Virus record (IMG/VR): IMGVR_UViG_3300042691_028414
Length of the DNA stretch: 64,000 bases
Reading direction: 5' to 3' (one strand)
Source of the DNA: a virus
Taxonomy: Duplodnaviria; Heunggongvirae; Uroviricota; Caudoviricetes
In this document: one piece after another, positions 35,491 through 45,762 of the stretch
Layout of the letters: each line of letters starts with the position of its first letter
Position numbering within the stretch: position 1 is the first letter of the stretch
Program-made: the position numbers and the translations under genes
The notes under the pieces: model-generated
The model's database searches: none
What the model saw: only the letters and a program-made list of their open reading frames with translations
Told to the model about the DNA's origin: nothing

Positions 35491-36243
35491 AATCATTTCT
35501 TCGGCAAGTTCCCAAAGTTTTGTGTTGATGTTGTTTACCGCCAAGATACTTTTAAGATCTCGTAGTTTTGACTTTCGTCCTGTTTTAGTTCGGTAGTCAA
35601 ACCCTCCTCGTACAAACTTCTCTTGTACTACATTGAAGGTTGTCCACAAGTCGTTATTACTATCTTCCACACGATTTGGTGTAAGGATGTCAACAAGTTG
35701 GTTGTCAGTTGGGATTGATCCTTCAGCCCATCGGATTTTTGACGCTTTCTGAACATATTGAATTTGTTCGTCAATGGTAAGTTCTCGTTCCATCATTCGT
35801 CCAACAGATCCTTGGATTGTTGGTAGTTTCTTTGCAAAACCGTCCATCAATCGTTTCACATCGTCAAGTTCAAACCCACTGTGTCTAACATTAAATTTGT
35901 CGGCAACTGATGTAGGTACTGTAAGTCCGTTAGAACATACCAATCGGTGAAGTCCAGCACTGACTGAGAATGTTGACATACCATTGTGTGAGTTACGAAC
36001 AATTGCTTCAACCAATGTGTCTCCAACTGAAGGAAGTTCTCCATTACGGAATCTAATTTGATGGGTTGCGTGAATTCCTTTACCTGTTTGTTTAACATCT
36101 GAAATTTCCCAACCTTCACGATCGAAAAATTCAATGACTTGATCGGTTGGTACAAAGACATACTTGTCAGACAACTTGCTTGATGCTGATGTTGCGAATA
36201 CTGAAGGGGCTACGGATTTGATAAGTTCTGGTGTATAAATCAT
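35488..36243 (-). CDS. DUF932-like phage/plasmid protein
   Basis: RNSHNGMSTFSVSAGLHRLVCSNGL fits the DUF932 core. Confidence 0.4.
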   Translation of the reverse strand: MIYTPELIKSVAPSVFATSASSKLSDKYVFVPTDQVIEFFDREGWEISDVKQTGKGIHATHQIRFRNGELPSVGDTLVEAIVRNSHNGMSTFSVSAGLHRLVCSNGLTVPTSVADKFNVRHSGFELDDVKRLMDGFAKKLPTIQGSVGRMMERELTIDEQIQYVQKASKIRWAEGSIPTDNQLVDILTPNRVEDSNNDLWTTFNVVQEKFVRGGFDYRTKTGRKSKLRDLKSILAVNNINTKLWELAEEMI

Positions 36244-36310
36244 AATGTTTTGGTTTTAATTACATCACAAAGATAGTAATTAATTTGTAATTGCCAAATA
36301 CGAAATGAAA

Positions 36311-36607
36311 TTAATTTAAAATAATATCCCCAAACTTTGTTTTTTGGATAAACCCTTCCACAACTTGTTTAGGATTTAATTTATCCGATAGTTCAGGTAT
36401 TTTAAGTTCCACCACAATATCAATAATTTGATTTTTTGTCAAAACAATATCTTCACCTTTCTTATAGTTCTCTTCACACTTCTCTCTCAATTTATGATAG
36501 AACTCTTCTTTCTGAAGATTACCTATCAATTCAATTAAATCGTTTGGATTACTCTCAAAGAAATTAATTAATTGTGATACATAAATTTCAATATCAACAT
36601 TACTCAT
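36311..36607 (-). CDS. hypothetical protein
   Basis: 98-aa ORF. Confidence 0.45.
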   Translation of the reverse strand: MSNVDIEIYVSQLINFFESNPNDLIELIGNLQKEEFYHKLREKCEENYKKGEDIVLTKNQIIDIVVELKIPELSDKLNPKQVVEGFIQKTKFGDIILN

Positions 36608-36622
36608 ATATTCGGATTTAAA

Positions 36623-38467
36623 TTAGTCTCTTGAAATATAGTAAAAACCATCACCTTCTTCAACCATCATATTCTTTAATCTTTCAGGTATTACAACACT
36701 TGGATTTGATCCCGATAACGCAATAAGATCCAAATACTCTAAATCCGCTAAAGACTCAGGTAGACTTTGAAGATTTTTATTATTCTGTAATGTTAGGAAT
36801 GTTAATCCTTCCATTCTTCCTAATTCTTCAGGTAGTGATTTTACACAATTCTCAAGTACCAATGCTATTATATTTGTAAACTTACCAATGCTTGCCGGTA
36901 TATCCAAATCAAGAGAATCGTTTGATTTATTTGATATTGTTAAATATGTAATACTTTCAGGTAAATTTTCAAATAATTCATCAAAACCAAACAATGCAAT
37001 ATATTTTGATGACGCATCATTCGGGTATGTAATCTTAACAATGTTGTCACCTTCTGTTGCCAACTGTCCGGCATATTTAACCTTAAGTTCTTCCTTAAGA
37101 TTTTTCATTCCCGGCATATTAATCAAAGCAATATCCGCGGTGGTAAGATTATTTAAAGTTTTGGTTCTCAACGAATCAATCTTTCTTGCCAAATAATATT
37201 TAACAACATCAGGTTCTGAACTTGTAATCATATCACCTGTTAAATCCATACCCAAAGAAATATATTTCTTTTTAAGTTCTGAAGGTAAATTAATATAAAC
37301 TCTTGGTTTGTTTGTTAGGTTTGGACTTGCAATTTCTAACCAAAACTCAGCATCTTCAACCGAACCAAGTTCTTTAACTGCATCGTCTTGAACATTAATA
37401 TGTTTGTATTTTCTTAATAATCCTTTTTCTCTATCAGTAAGTGGATCTGGAGTAAATAAGTATTCTTTGTCTTTTAACTTCGGAACTTTAGATGAGATTG
37501 TATCCCAAGTCTCTGTTCTGTGTCCTGAATATCCACCAGCCATGTTTTTACCATCGGCAATTCTTTTTCTTCCATACTCATCAACCAAGATAACAACCGC
37601 GAAGTTCAAATCATCAAATGGGGTATCTCTGTCAATAACATAGTAAAGTGTTAAGTTATTTTCCAAACGATAGTTGTAATATAAGTTACCACCACCAATT
37701 CTTGATGTACACCAAGGTCTTCCATGTGCTAATCTAATACATTGTTCTTTACCGTTTGGTTTGAAGATATACAAATTATCTTTATCGTAGATTGTTTCAA
37801 TATCTTTAAAGTCGTCACCTTTTTTCTTTGGTGTATCATCTCCGTCAGGTAAATGATCCAATGCCGCCTCCAACTCATCAAATGACATTAACATAATCGG
37901 TGGCGTATTTGCTTCCAATCTATCATACAAATCAACATATCTTTCAATGTAAGAAAGTATTTGCTCGTTTGTTAAATCGTTTCTTTCTTTCTTATATTTT
38001 TCAAATGCCGCCTTGGTAATAATTCCACCAAATTTATTTTGTATCAATTCAACCAACTTCAAATAAGGGTATCTCATAATATCCCTATTAGGTTCAGGTA
38101 GATAATTTCTTATCTCTAAGAATTTCTTAATCATAGACTTAACTTGTCTTTGATCAGAACCTTTACCAGGACCCTTCATATAGGTTTTAAATATATCACC
38201 TTCTTCCTTCTTAACTCTTTTTGATAAAATCACAGACTTAAGTTGATCATATGTATATTTTGTAATGTCTCGTTTGTCGGCAGGTAATCCGTTTTTATAT
38301 TTATCAAAATCACCAATATAACTTTTAATATCATCCTCAGAATCTTTAGTTTCGTTACTAAATTTAAGGACAAGTTGATTCATTAATTTATTTGATATTT
38401 CTGTTAATCTAAATTTAGGATCAACATTTTCTACGATTACCGATGATAAAATTTTTACTAATTTCAT
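36623..38467 (-). CDS. leader-peptide family member with C-terminal leucine-rich repeats
   Basis: MKLVKILSSVIVE leader. C-terminal LRRs: LTYLTISNK...LVLENCVKSLPEELGRMEGLTFLTLQNNKNLQSLPESLADLEYLDL. Confidence 0.5.
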   Translation of the reverse strand: MKLVKILSSVIVENVDPKFRLTEISNKLMNQLVLKFSNETKDSEDDIKSYIGDFDKYKNGLPADKRDITKYTYDQLKSVILSKRVKKEEGDIFKTYMKGPGKGSDQRQVKSMIKKFLEIRNYLPEPNRDIMRYPYLKLVELIQNKFGGIITKAAFEKYKKERNDLTNEQILSYIERYVDLYDRLEANTPPIMLMSFDELEAALDHLPDGDDTPKKKGDDFKDIETIYDKDNLYIFKPNGKEQCIRLAHGRPWCTSRIGGGNLYYNYRLENNLTLYYVIDRDTPFDDLNFAVVILVDEYGRKRIADGKNMAGGYSGHRTETWDTISSKVPKLKDKEYLFTPDPLTDREKGLLRKYKHINVQDDAVKELGSVEDAEFWLEIASPNLTNKPRVYINLPSELKKKYISLGMDLTGDMITSSEPDVVKYYLARKIDSLRTKTLNNLTTADIALINMPGMKNLKEELKVKYAGQLATEGDNIVKITYPNDASSKYIALFGFDELFENLPESITYLTISNKSNDSLDLDIPASIGKFTNIIALVLENCVKSLPEELGRMEGLTFLTLQNNKNLQSLPESLADLEYLDLIALSGSNPSVVIPERLKNMMVEEGDGFYYISRD

Positions 38468-38516
38468 TTGATGTTTTTACTATAAATATTACGATAAATA
38501 AAAATGAATAAATTAA

Positions 38517-39356
38517 TTAATAATTCAGTATAAGTAATTCTTCACCCATATTTTGTTTGGTACCTTTTTTGGCTGCCGCCGCCTTAGCGAATTCTTTTTT
38601 CTCCCAACTATATTGTTCTTTAGGGAACCATTCCGATAACAACGGGAAGTCATAATACGACAAACTAAATTTACCTTCCATTCCTTTTAATATATTTGCA
38701 AGTCTTTCATGATCTTCTCTGTCAAAATCGTGATTTGAATAGTAATTTTCAGTTTTCCAATATGGTGGATCAACATAAAAATATGTTGTTGGTGAATCAT
38801 ACTTTTTAATGACATCCTCAAAATCCATATTTTCAACATCCGTAATTTTCAAGAAATGTTCTACCCAATCAGGTTTAGATAATTTATCTCTAAATGTAAG
38901 ATACTTTGATTTGTATTTACCTTTCAAGTCAATGAATGAACTTGTCTCAGGTTTAGAACCACTAAAAACCTGTGTAAGGACATAAGCGTATTTAGCAGCA
39001 ACTTCATAATTACCAGGTTCTACACTGAAACCTTCACTAAAAATTTCAGCCTGAAACCTGATAAACTGTTCTTTATAAATTGGTGGAGTTACTTCTACAC
39101 CAAATTTCTGACAATCAATTGCGTTAATTGCATTCAATAATTCAGTTGGGTTCTGAATACATTTAAACAGATTGTAATTAAGTGGATTAAAGTCGTTATA
39201 AACAACTTTCTTTAGGTTTGGGAACTGTTTTAAGTCCATGTTGAAGAAACACCAAAACATCCCTCCGAATGTTTCAACATATGTTTCCATATTATTATCA
39301 TAGAAAGGGACTATCCACTTTCCAATTTTACTCTTACCTCCGATATAACTTAACAT
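38517..39356 (-). CDS. Dam-like N6-adenine DNA methyltransferase (alpha class)
   Basis: YIGGKSK at the N-terminus; VDPPYW at the C-terminus. Confidence 0.8.
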   Translation of the reverse strand: MLSYIGGKSKIGKWIVPFYDNNMETYVETFGGMFWCFFNMDLKQFPNLKKVVYNDFNPLNYNLFKCIQNPTELLNAINAIDCQKFGVEVTPPIYKEQFIRFQAEIFSEGFSVEPGNYEVAAKYAYVLTQVFSGSKPETSSFIDLKGKYKSKYLTFRDKLSKPDWVEHFLKITDVENMDFEDVIKKYDSPTTYFYVDPPYWKTENYYSNHDFDREDHERLANILKGMEGKFSLSYYDFPLLSEWFPKEQYSWEKKEFAKAAAAKKGTKQNMGEELLILNY

Positions 39357-39390
39357 AGGTAAAGTATAAGATATTTATGATAATCAGTCA

Positions 39391-39579
39391 ATGAATATTT
39401 TTTTTAAAAAAGATTACAAAAGTTTTGGCAGAACCAAAAACTTCACTATCTTTGTATTGTTGATGTGGTTGAGTAATCAATATTATCAACAGGTTGTCAG
39501 AATCCTATTAAACAAACTGACCGCTAATGACTGGGTGAATCGGTCTGGGTTGATTACCTCAATTTTAGGAATGAAATAA
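39391..39579 (+). CDS. hypothetical small protein
   Basis: 62-aa ORF with a GATATTTAT motif upstream and a terminator downstream. Confidence 0.3.
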   Translation: MNIFFKKDYKSFGRTKNFTIFVLLMWLSNQYYQQVVRILLNKLTANDWVNRSGLITSILGMK

Positions 39580-39583
39580 TTGT

Positions 39584-39615
39584 AACCCCATCTCTAAAAA
39601 GGTGGGGTTTCTTGT
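39584..39615. terminator. rho-independent terminator
   Basis: aaccccatctctaaaaaggtggggttt. Confidence 0.55.
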
Positions 39616-40114
39616 ATTTATATTATATATGAATTTATTACCATTACTTAAGAGTATAATTGTTGAGAGTGTTCCTATTAAAAATGTTACCATTAATGGT
39701 CAACCATTGAGTATCGTTCAAACTTATGAATCTTTCCGAGCTATTACCGGTAGTGGTGAATTTATTAGAGTCCCAACGGATGAAATCATGGACTCAATGT
39801 CGGACATATACGATGTTTTAATTAATCAATCATTTATTTTATTTAATACCTGTAAACATAAATGTGCATTATTGATTCGTGATTACCGTTTAGGTTTTGA
39901 TTATCAATTATTTACTCATTACAACATAAAAAATAATAATCTTAAAATAACAATAAATACCTCAATCCGTCACCCAAAAAAATTATTCAATAATGTTAAC
40001 ACTAGAGAGATTATAATAACAAGAAATGATGATATTGTGATAAGAGAATCAATTATTAACCAATCATTCACTTATAAAATAATTGGTGATATAATTATTT
40101 ATTATCAAAAATAA
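39602..40114 (+). CDS. hypothetical protein (start uncertain)
   Basis: 170-aa ORF. Confidence 0.4.
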   Translation: MGFLVFILYMNLLPLLKSIIVESVPIKNVTINGQPLSIVQTYESFRAITGSGEFIRVPTDEIMDSMSDIYDVLINQSFILFNTCKHKCALLIRDYRLGFDYQLFTHYNIKNNNLKITINTSIRHPKKLFNNVNTREIIITRNDDIVIRESIINQSFTYKIIGDIIIYYQK

Positions 40115-40118
40115 CATT

Positions 40119-40295
40119 ATGAAACAAGAAGTAGAACAATCAAAAAAAGAAGCAACACAAGTTACAGGATGTAGTCAATGTAAAAAAGGTATGAGTAAAA
40201 CACAATGGGGATTATTAATATTCTCATTATATATGTTTGGTGCCGGAATTTACGGTACCATCCAAATAATTAAAGATGTAATTTCTTTATTTTAA
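40119..40295 (+). CDS. small single-TM protein of 58 aa
   Basis: My own translation: MKQEVEQSKKEATQVTGCSQCKKGMSKTQWGLLIFSLYMFGAGIYGTIQIIKDVISLF. Confidence 0.35.
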   Translation: MKQEVEQSKKEATQVTGCSQCKKGMSKTQWGLLIFSLYMFGAGIYGTIQIIKDVISLF

Positions 40296-41221
40296 TCCCT
40301 TTCAAATCGGACATGCTGGTTAACCAACAAGTCACCTATCACTTCACCTTTAAACCCTTTTGATTTAACTCTTAAGGGTTTTGTTGTATCAAATGTCTTT
40401 GGGAATCTTAACCTTACCGTACCGTCAGGATGAGGTATTTCAAAATCACTCTTCTTCAAATCATCCAATGTGAAATAAGCATTATAAATTAAGTGAGGTC
40501 CGTACTTTTCAAAATTATTATCAGAAACCAATTTAACTCTAACAACTAAGTTACCATAAACACCGTTTCTAAAATCCCCAACACCTTGTAATCGGATGAA
40601 TTGTCCATCATCAATACCATTAGGTAATTTAACTTCAACAGTTTTCATCTCATCTTTAGTCCCACTACCATTACAAATATGACAAGGATTTGTAATAACT
40701 CGTCCATGTCCTGAACAAGTGTTACAAGCAACTTGTACCATTTGTATAAACATACCAGACCCCATCTGTCTCACTACAGAACCTTGTCCATTACATTCGG
40801 GACAAATTTTCTTCTCACCCCCACTACCATTACATGGATCACATTTTAATTTCCTACGATATGTGATTTCTTTATTCGCACCCAAATATGATTCAGTAAC
40901 TTTTAATTCAGTATCAATAACTAAATCATGTACCACATTTTTTTGTCTACGATTACCAAATGCCTGATTAAACATCTGTTGGAATATATCGTCACCTCCT
41001 CCCATTCCTGCAAATGGGTTCTTTCTTCTCATATCATACTCTTGTCGTTTGTTATCGTCACCAATAGTATCATATGCTTCAGCAATTTGCTTAAACTTTT
41101 CCTCATCACCACCAGCATCAGGGTGATTTTCTTTTGCCAGTTTACGATATACTTTTTTTATCTCATCTTGGGTTGCAGTTTCAGGAACACCTAATATGTC
41201 GTAATAATTCGGAATATTCAT
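40292..41221 (-). CDS. dnaJ: DnaJ chaperone (J domain, Cys-rich zinc finger, C-terminal domain)
   Basis: YYDILGV...HPD J domain; four CxxCxG repeats (CDPCNGSG, CPECNGQG, CNTCSGHG, CHICNGSG). Confidence 0.85.
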   Translation of the reverse strand: MNIPNYYDILGVPETATQDEIKKVYRKLAKENHPDAGGDEEKFKQIAEAYDTIGDDNKRQEYDMRRKNPFAGMGGGDDIFQQMFNQAFGNRRQKNVVHDLVIDTELKVTESYLGANKEITYRRKLKCDPCNGSGGEKKICPECNGQGSVVRQMGSGMFIQMVQVACNTCSGHGRVITNPCHICNGSGTKDEMKTVEVKLPNGIDDGQFIRLQGVGDFRNGVYGNLVVRVKLVSDNNFEKYGPHLIYNAYFTLDDLKKSDFEIPHPDGTVRLRFPKTFDTTKPLRVKSKGFKGEVIGDLLVNQHVRFERD

Positions 41222-41265
41222 TTATATAGTATTTTAATTATATTTAATTACAAAGATATGAAAAA

Positions 41266-41904
41266 ATGGACAATTTCACAATTGTATTATTCAAAAATAA
41301 GGTAAAAAAGAAAATTATAAAGAAGTTTAAAACTAAAGTTAATGCTACAAAATATTATAAAAACTTAATAGAAGAAAATAAAAATGTATTTTTTGGTGTT
41401 GAGACTGAGAATGGTAAAAAATGCGTCTACGAACTTGCATTAGTTTCAAAGATGGATGAGTCATCACCATATTTTGTTAGAGATGATTTTGGTAGAACAA
41501 TAAAAATTGAACTTGAAGATCCAAACTATACTATAGTTGAAATTACTCCATATAGAAAAGAGGAACAACTATACGATATTAAAAATAAAACTAAGATAGG
41601 TGTTGATAAGTTTATGAGGAAACATCTACCTAAAATTGGGGTTAAACTTTTATCGAAAATTAATAACAAAATTGTTATCCAACATGACAGTGATATAAAT
41701 CTATTTTCATTAAAGAGTGAAGATGATTGTGATAGATTTGTTGATGGTGTGTCTAATTATATGATTAATAAAGGTAGAATTGATACTATTATTGTTAAAG
41801 ATTCATCACCACAACAAAAGAAATACCTTTATGATTTATTATCCAGTAATGGTATTCCTAAATCGGTTTTATATAGACGATTTACGACTTATAAAAGGGA
41901 ATAG
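41266..41904 (+). CDS. hypothetical protein
   Basis: 212-aa ORF. Confidence 0.45.
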   Translation: MDNFTIVLFKNKVKKKIIKKFKTKVNATKYYKNLIEENKNVFFGVETENGKKCVYELALVSKMDESSPYFVRDDFGRTIKIELEDPNYTIVEITPYRKEEQLYDIKNKTKIGVDKFMRKHLPKIGVKLLSKINNKIVIQHDSDINLFSLKSEDDCDRFVDGVSNYMINKGRIDTIIVKDSSPQQKKYLYDLLSSNGIPKSVLYRRFTTYKRE

Positions 41905-42183
41905 TCTCCCAATAAAACTCCTTTTTACAGGTGCTACATTTATTTTTGAGTCGTCGTATTGACCCTCCAAAATAAAAACAACCTCAACTCCTGATATATC
42001 AATTTTAAATTTTTTATGTCCTTGATCGAGTTGTCTAAAATTTCCTAATACTTCTTTGAAGTCTCCCTCATTCAATTCAAAAACTATTACGGATTTACCT
42101 TTTGGGAACATTGATTGAGTGGCATCAGTTATTAATGCTAATTTTTCCATTATCCCATTAACATTTTTTTCAGTTTCTGCCAT
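41869..42183 (-). CDS. hypothetical protein
   Basis: 104-aa ORF. Confidence 0.4.
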   Translation of the reverse strand: MAETEKNVNGIMEKLALITDATQSMFPKGKSVIVFELNEGDFKEVLGNFRQLDQGHKKFKIDISGVEVVFILEGQYDDSKINVAPVKRSFIGRLFPFISRKSSI

Positions 42184-42294
42184 ATTGTTAGTTTAACTTT
42201 ATTCGTATTTTTTTGAACTATGTCTTCTTTTTTAAAATTTTTAATCTCATTTAGAAATTTTATTTTTTCAAGTTCAAGTTCTTTCTTATCTTTA

Positions 42295-42741
42295 TTAATC
42301 TCGTTCTTCAACCAATCCTGCATCCCTTCCAGTTGGCTCAGTGGTTTCTTCGTCATCTTCTAATTCAATTTTAGGATCATTTATGTCAAATTTCAAAGCT
42401 TGTAGACTATTTAAATTTTGTTTTTCAAAAATCGCTTTCAACTCATTTACCTTGTGTTGGAATAACCTGTCTTTTTCTTCTCTTTCTTTATTGTAAGAGA
42501 TGACATTTTTAATACTATCAATTAATTGGTTTGTTGAGGTTTCATTAAACTCAGCAACAAATGAGAAGAACCTATAACCTGTTGTTGTTTTTTCATTCTC
42601 CATTACAGATTTCTCATTAACATATTTTTTAGGTAACTTCCATGTTTCAGGAAATTCAATGTCAAAAGATAAATAATTTTTAATTTTCCTAACTGATTGT
42701 AAGTAAGGAAATAGTATACTGAATTCTTCAAATAATCCCAT
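42295..42741 (-). CDS. hypothetical protein
   Basis: 148-aa ORF. Confidence 0.45.
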   Translation of the reverse strand: MGLFEEFSILFPYLQSVRKIKNYLSFDIEFPETWKLPKKYVNEKSVMENEKTTTGYRFFSFVAEFNETSTNQLIDSIKNVISYNKEREEKDRLFQHKVNELKAIFEKQNLNSLQALKFDINDPKIELEDDEETTEPTGRDAGLVEERD

Positions 42742-42932
42742 TAATTTGATTGTATTAAATATGTTATGATGTAAGATATGAATAAACCTAAATAAATAGT
42801 TTCCCTACTACTCATCACAAATTTTTTCGGTTCAGATTGTAGTAGGGAAACAGTAAATCTAAAAACAATTCTAAATACTGCAATTAGTGAGAACACAAAT
42901 ACAAAAAGATATATAGTATTTATGTTAGTCAT
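42741..42932 (-). CDS. small two-TM membrane protein
   Basis: 63-aa hydrophobic ORF. Confidence 0.4.
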   Translation of the reverse strand: MTNINTIYLFVFVFSLIAVFRIVFRFTVSLLQSEPKKFVMSSRETIYLGLFISYIITYLIQSN

Positions 42933-42933
42933 A

Positions 42934-43107
42934 TTACGCAGCTTTTTTAGATTCTAGAATTTCACCTCTTAATTGTTGTAATAAAGATTTTAATTCTTGG
43001 GAAGTCTTTCTTGCTCTAGTTCCCGCACTTTTATTACCACTGTTGAACTTCGTTACATCAACACTAAGTTCCTCTGTAAGTGCTTTAATTTTTTCTAATG
43101 TTTCCAT
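42934..43107 (-). CDS. bacterial histone-H1-like small DNA-binding protein
   Basis: My own translation: METLEKIKALTEELSVDVTKFNSGNKSAGTRARKTSQELKSLLQQLRGEILESKKAA. The ...KFxxGNKxAGTRARK... core matches short histone-H1-like proteins common in Bacteroidetes. Confidence 0.45.
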   Translation of the reverse strand: METLEKIKALTEELSVDVTKFNSGNKSAGTRARKTSQELKSLLQQLRGEILESKKAA

Positions 43108-43173
43108 TTTGTTAATTAAAAAAAGTTTATTTATATTATCATAAATCTAAATTAGTTAACTCTAATGTCAATA

Positions 43174-43644
43174 TTATACTGACATATTTTTATCTAATGA
43201 TTTATATATACTTGATATCATATCCAAATCAGATTTTGTAAAAGGTTTTTTCCTGTCGAATAAGTCGTTAAAGAATGTTCCTATTGAACTTTTTATTTTG
43301 TTCTCCTTTTGATTATAGAATATGTCAGTGAAGAATGATAAGAAATACTCATAATGATCCCCTTTTTTATTAAAAGTAATTTCTTCTTTTTGAAAGTTCT
43401 CAATTGTTTTATTCCAACACCATTCAAAATGTTTTAAATTATCTTCATCAGATAATACTATTTTGGTTTCACTATTTTTGTCGTCACCCAAATATGTGTC
43501 TAAAATCAAATAGTATAATGAAAAACTAAAGTCATAATATAAATCCATTTTTTCAGGTATTATATTATTAACTCTAAACCATATGTCCACATCATCGGGA
43601 TCCATTGGTTTTGCTATATAATTAAAAAAATTCTCCATAGACAA
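43174..43644 (-). CDS. hypothetical protein
   Basis: 156-aa ORF. Confidence 0.45.
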   Translation of the reverse strand: MSMENFFNYIAKPMDPDDVDIWFRVNNIIPEKMDLYYDFSFSLYYLILDTYLGDDKNSETKIVLSDEDNLKHFEWCWNKTIENFQKEEITFNKKGDHYEYFLSFFTDIFYNQKENKIKSSIGTFFNDLFDRKKPFTKSDLDMISSIYKSLDKNMSV

Positions 43645-43685
43645 GTATCTATGGAGAATAATAACAAAGATATTTTTTATGTAAA

Positions 43686-45035
43686 TTATTGTGTCTTATC
43701 TTGATAACCAATCAACGACTTCATTCTATCGAACTCCTCATTAAGTTTTTCAATTTTTTTGTTTTCAACTGATTCAAGTTTCATCATAACTTTACTTGCT
43801 TTATCTGTTTCATTACCTGTTTTATCTGAAACTACTGGTTGTACAGATTTATTATATGCCTTTCTTTTTAGTTTACCAAGTAAATTATCTTTTCTTATTT
43901 TGTTTCTTTTCTTGTTTGTTGGTGTTTCAACCGCATTTGCCCATTCAGGGTTATTACCCGTTCTAGATGAACCTTCAATGTTATCTGTCATCCAATCCTC
44001 ATTTGGAGCTATCCCATCATTGAAGTCTAAGTTTTCTAATGCTGCGGCGGTAAAGTTATCTACATAATCCTGTACAGCATTTGATGGTACATAAGCCATT
44101 TTTTCCATTTTTTCAATTTCACCATTACCCATAGGAAAATGTTTAGGATTCATTTCATACTTACCTTTAGATCCGTCTTTAAGATAATCTTTCATTTTCT
44201 TCTCAAAACTTTTCATATAGTCATCTTCTTCTTTTCCCGAACCTTTATGTGACTTTTCATATGCCATATACCCTGCAGGTGTTTTACCTGTTTTAATCGT
44301 ATTTTTTGTTTTACTTTCTTCTTTAATAATACCCTCAATAATATCTATTATTTCATCTTCAGTAAACAATGCGGTTTCATTAATGTATTCTAATTTATAT
44401 AAAACACCATTATCATTTTGTCTTTTACTTTCTTTAACAGTATATTTTTTACCATCAACAGAAAAATGAGATTTACCTTCTTTTTTAGCATTGGCAAGAG
44501 CTCCTGAAAATGCGTTGCCTTCTTCCATTTCCGTATTTTTTCCTTTTTTTCTAAGTAATCTAAAATCTTCCGAATCTATTCTTCCATTTTTGTTTTTATC
44601 CAAACGAGATTGTTTACCATGAAGTCTTTCATCGATTTCACCTCTATTATCATTATATTCTTTTTGATCATAATATGATTGACATCTTTCAGGATCCATA
44701 TCGTAATATTGAGCACAGTATTCTTCCATATCAAATCCTGGCATAGTCCATTCAGAATCTTGTCTTGATAATTCCTTTTTTTCGTTAGGGAATTTACCTC
44801 CTTTGGATGTAACATACCTACTTTCTTTCATCTCTTCATTCATGTATCCACATTCCATACATTCACCTTCTTTCATTTCACCTCCACATTCACAAGTTTC
44901 TCCTTCTTGGACATAGTCAAACGATTTCCCTGGAGGATTAAATTTTAATTTTTCCATTATCTCATCAGCCTTTCCTTCTAAAGTTTCGGTTAGAACTTTT
45001 CTAAATAAATTATCGTAATAAGTGTTACTTTTCAT
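43686..45035 (-). CDS. hypothetical Lys/Glu-rich protein with a Cys cluster; possible leader-family member
   Basis: CECGGEMKEGECMECGY cluster; the N-terminus ...NLFRKVLTE resembles the leader. Confidence 0.45.
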   Translation of the reverse strand: MKSNTYYDNLFRKVLTETLEGKADEIMEKLKFNPPGKSFDYVQEGETCECGGEMKEGECMECGYMNEEMKESRYVTSKGGKFPNEKKELSRQDSEWTMPGFDMEEYCAQYYDMDPERCQSYYDQKEYNDNRGEIDERLHGKQSRLDKNKNGRIDSEDFRLLRKKGKNTEMEEGNAFSGALANAKKEGKSHFSVDGKKYTVKESKRQNDNGVLYKLEYINETALFTEDEIIDIIEGIIKEESKTKNTIKTGKTPAGYMAYEKSHKGSGKEEDDYMKSFEKKMKDYLKDGSKGKYEMNPKHFPMGNGEIEKMEKMAYVPSNAVQDYVDNFTAAALENLDFNDGIAPNEDWMTDNIEGSSRTGNNPEWANAVETPTNKKRNKIRKDNLLGKLKRKAYNKSVQPVVSDKTGNETDKASKVMMKLESVENKKIEKLNEEFDRMKSLIGYQDKTQ

Positions 45036-45060
45036 AATTGTGTTTTTATAATAAATATCG

Positions 45061-45762
45061 TTATTTGTTTGTTTTTCTTAACTCATATAAAATAATGTCT
45101 TTTATATGTTCCTCGTGTAAGTTATAGGTGTTACTTACTTTCTCAATAACATTTTTAACAGTTTCGTTTTCAAATATATTAAGAGCCTTAATATCTCCCT
45201 GATTACAATAGGGAAATCGTTTACATTTTTTTTTAACCTGAACGAATTTTCCTCCTGGTATCTGTGTCTTCCTTGATGGTTTCCAATTCTTCTTACTTGT
45301 GGTTTTTGCCCAAATACTAGGTCCTTCATACGCACCAACTCCATAACCTGAAGACGCGGTTTCTGTGGCTTCAACTTTTTTGGGTTCTTCACCTGAAAAC
45401 AATGGTGTTGTTATATCAGATCCCGAACTTCCAGTTCCTGTTGCCTCTTTAGTTTCAGTCTTATCTTTACTAATTAAAGATTTTAAGAAATCTTTAAGTT
45501 CTTCAGGTTTCTTTAATAATTTTCTTATTTCACCTTTGATTTTATTATTAGTTAATTTTTTATTTTTAACTAATTTCATAATGTCGGATAAATCAACACC
45601 ATCTTTAAGATAATCTTTTGATTTATTTCTAATATCATCATCTTCCGACTTTTTATTTTCAGTAAATTCTTTTCTCGCTTTTGCTTGATCAATACCTGTC
45701 AATCCAATCATATTGGCTTCTTGGTTGAATTGTTTTTTAAATAAGTCGGTTAGGTTTTCCAT
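45061..45762 (-). CDS. hypothetical protein
   Basis: 233-aa ORF. Confidence 0.45.
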   Translation of the reverse strand: MENLTDLFKKQFNQEANMIGLTGIDQAKARKEFTENKKSEDDDIRNKSKDYLKDGVDLSDIMKLVKNKKLTNNKIKGEIRKLLKKPEELKDFLKSLISKDKTETKEATGTGSSGSDITTPLFSGEEPKKVEATETASSGYGVGAYEGPSIWAKTTSKKNWKPSRKTQIPGGKFVQVKKKCKRFPYCNQGDIKALNIFENETVKNVIEKVSNTYNLHEEHIKDIILYELRKTNK

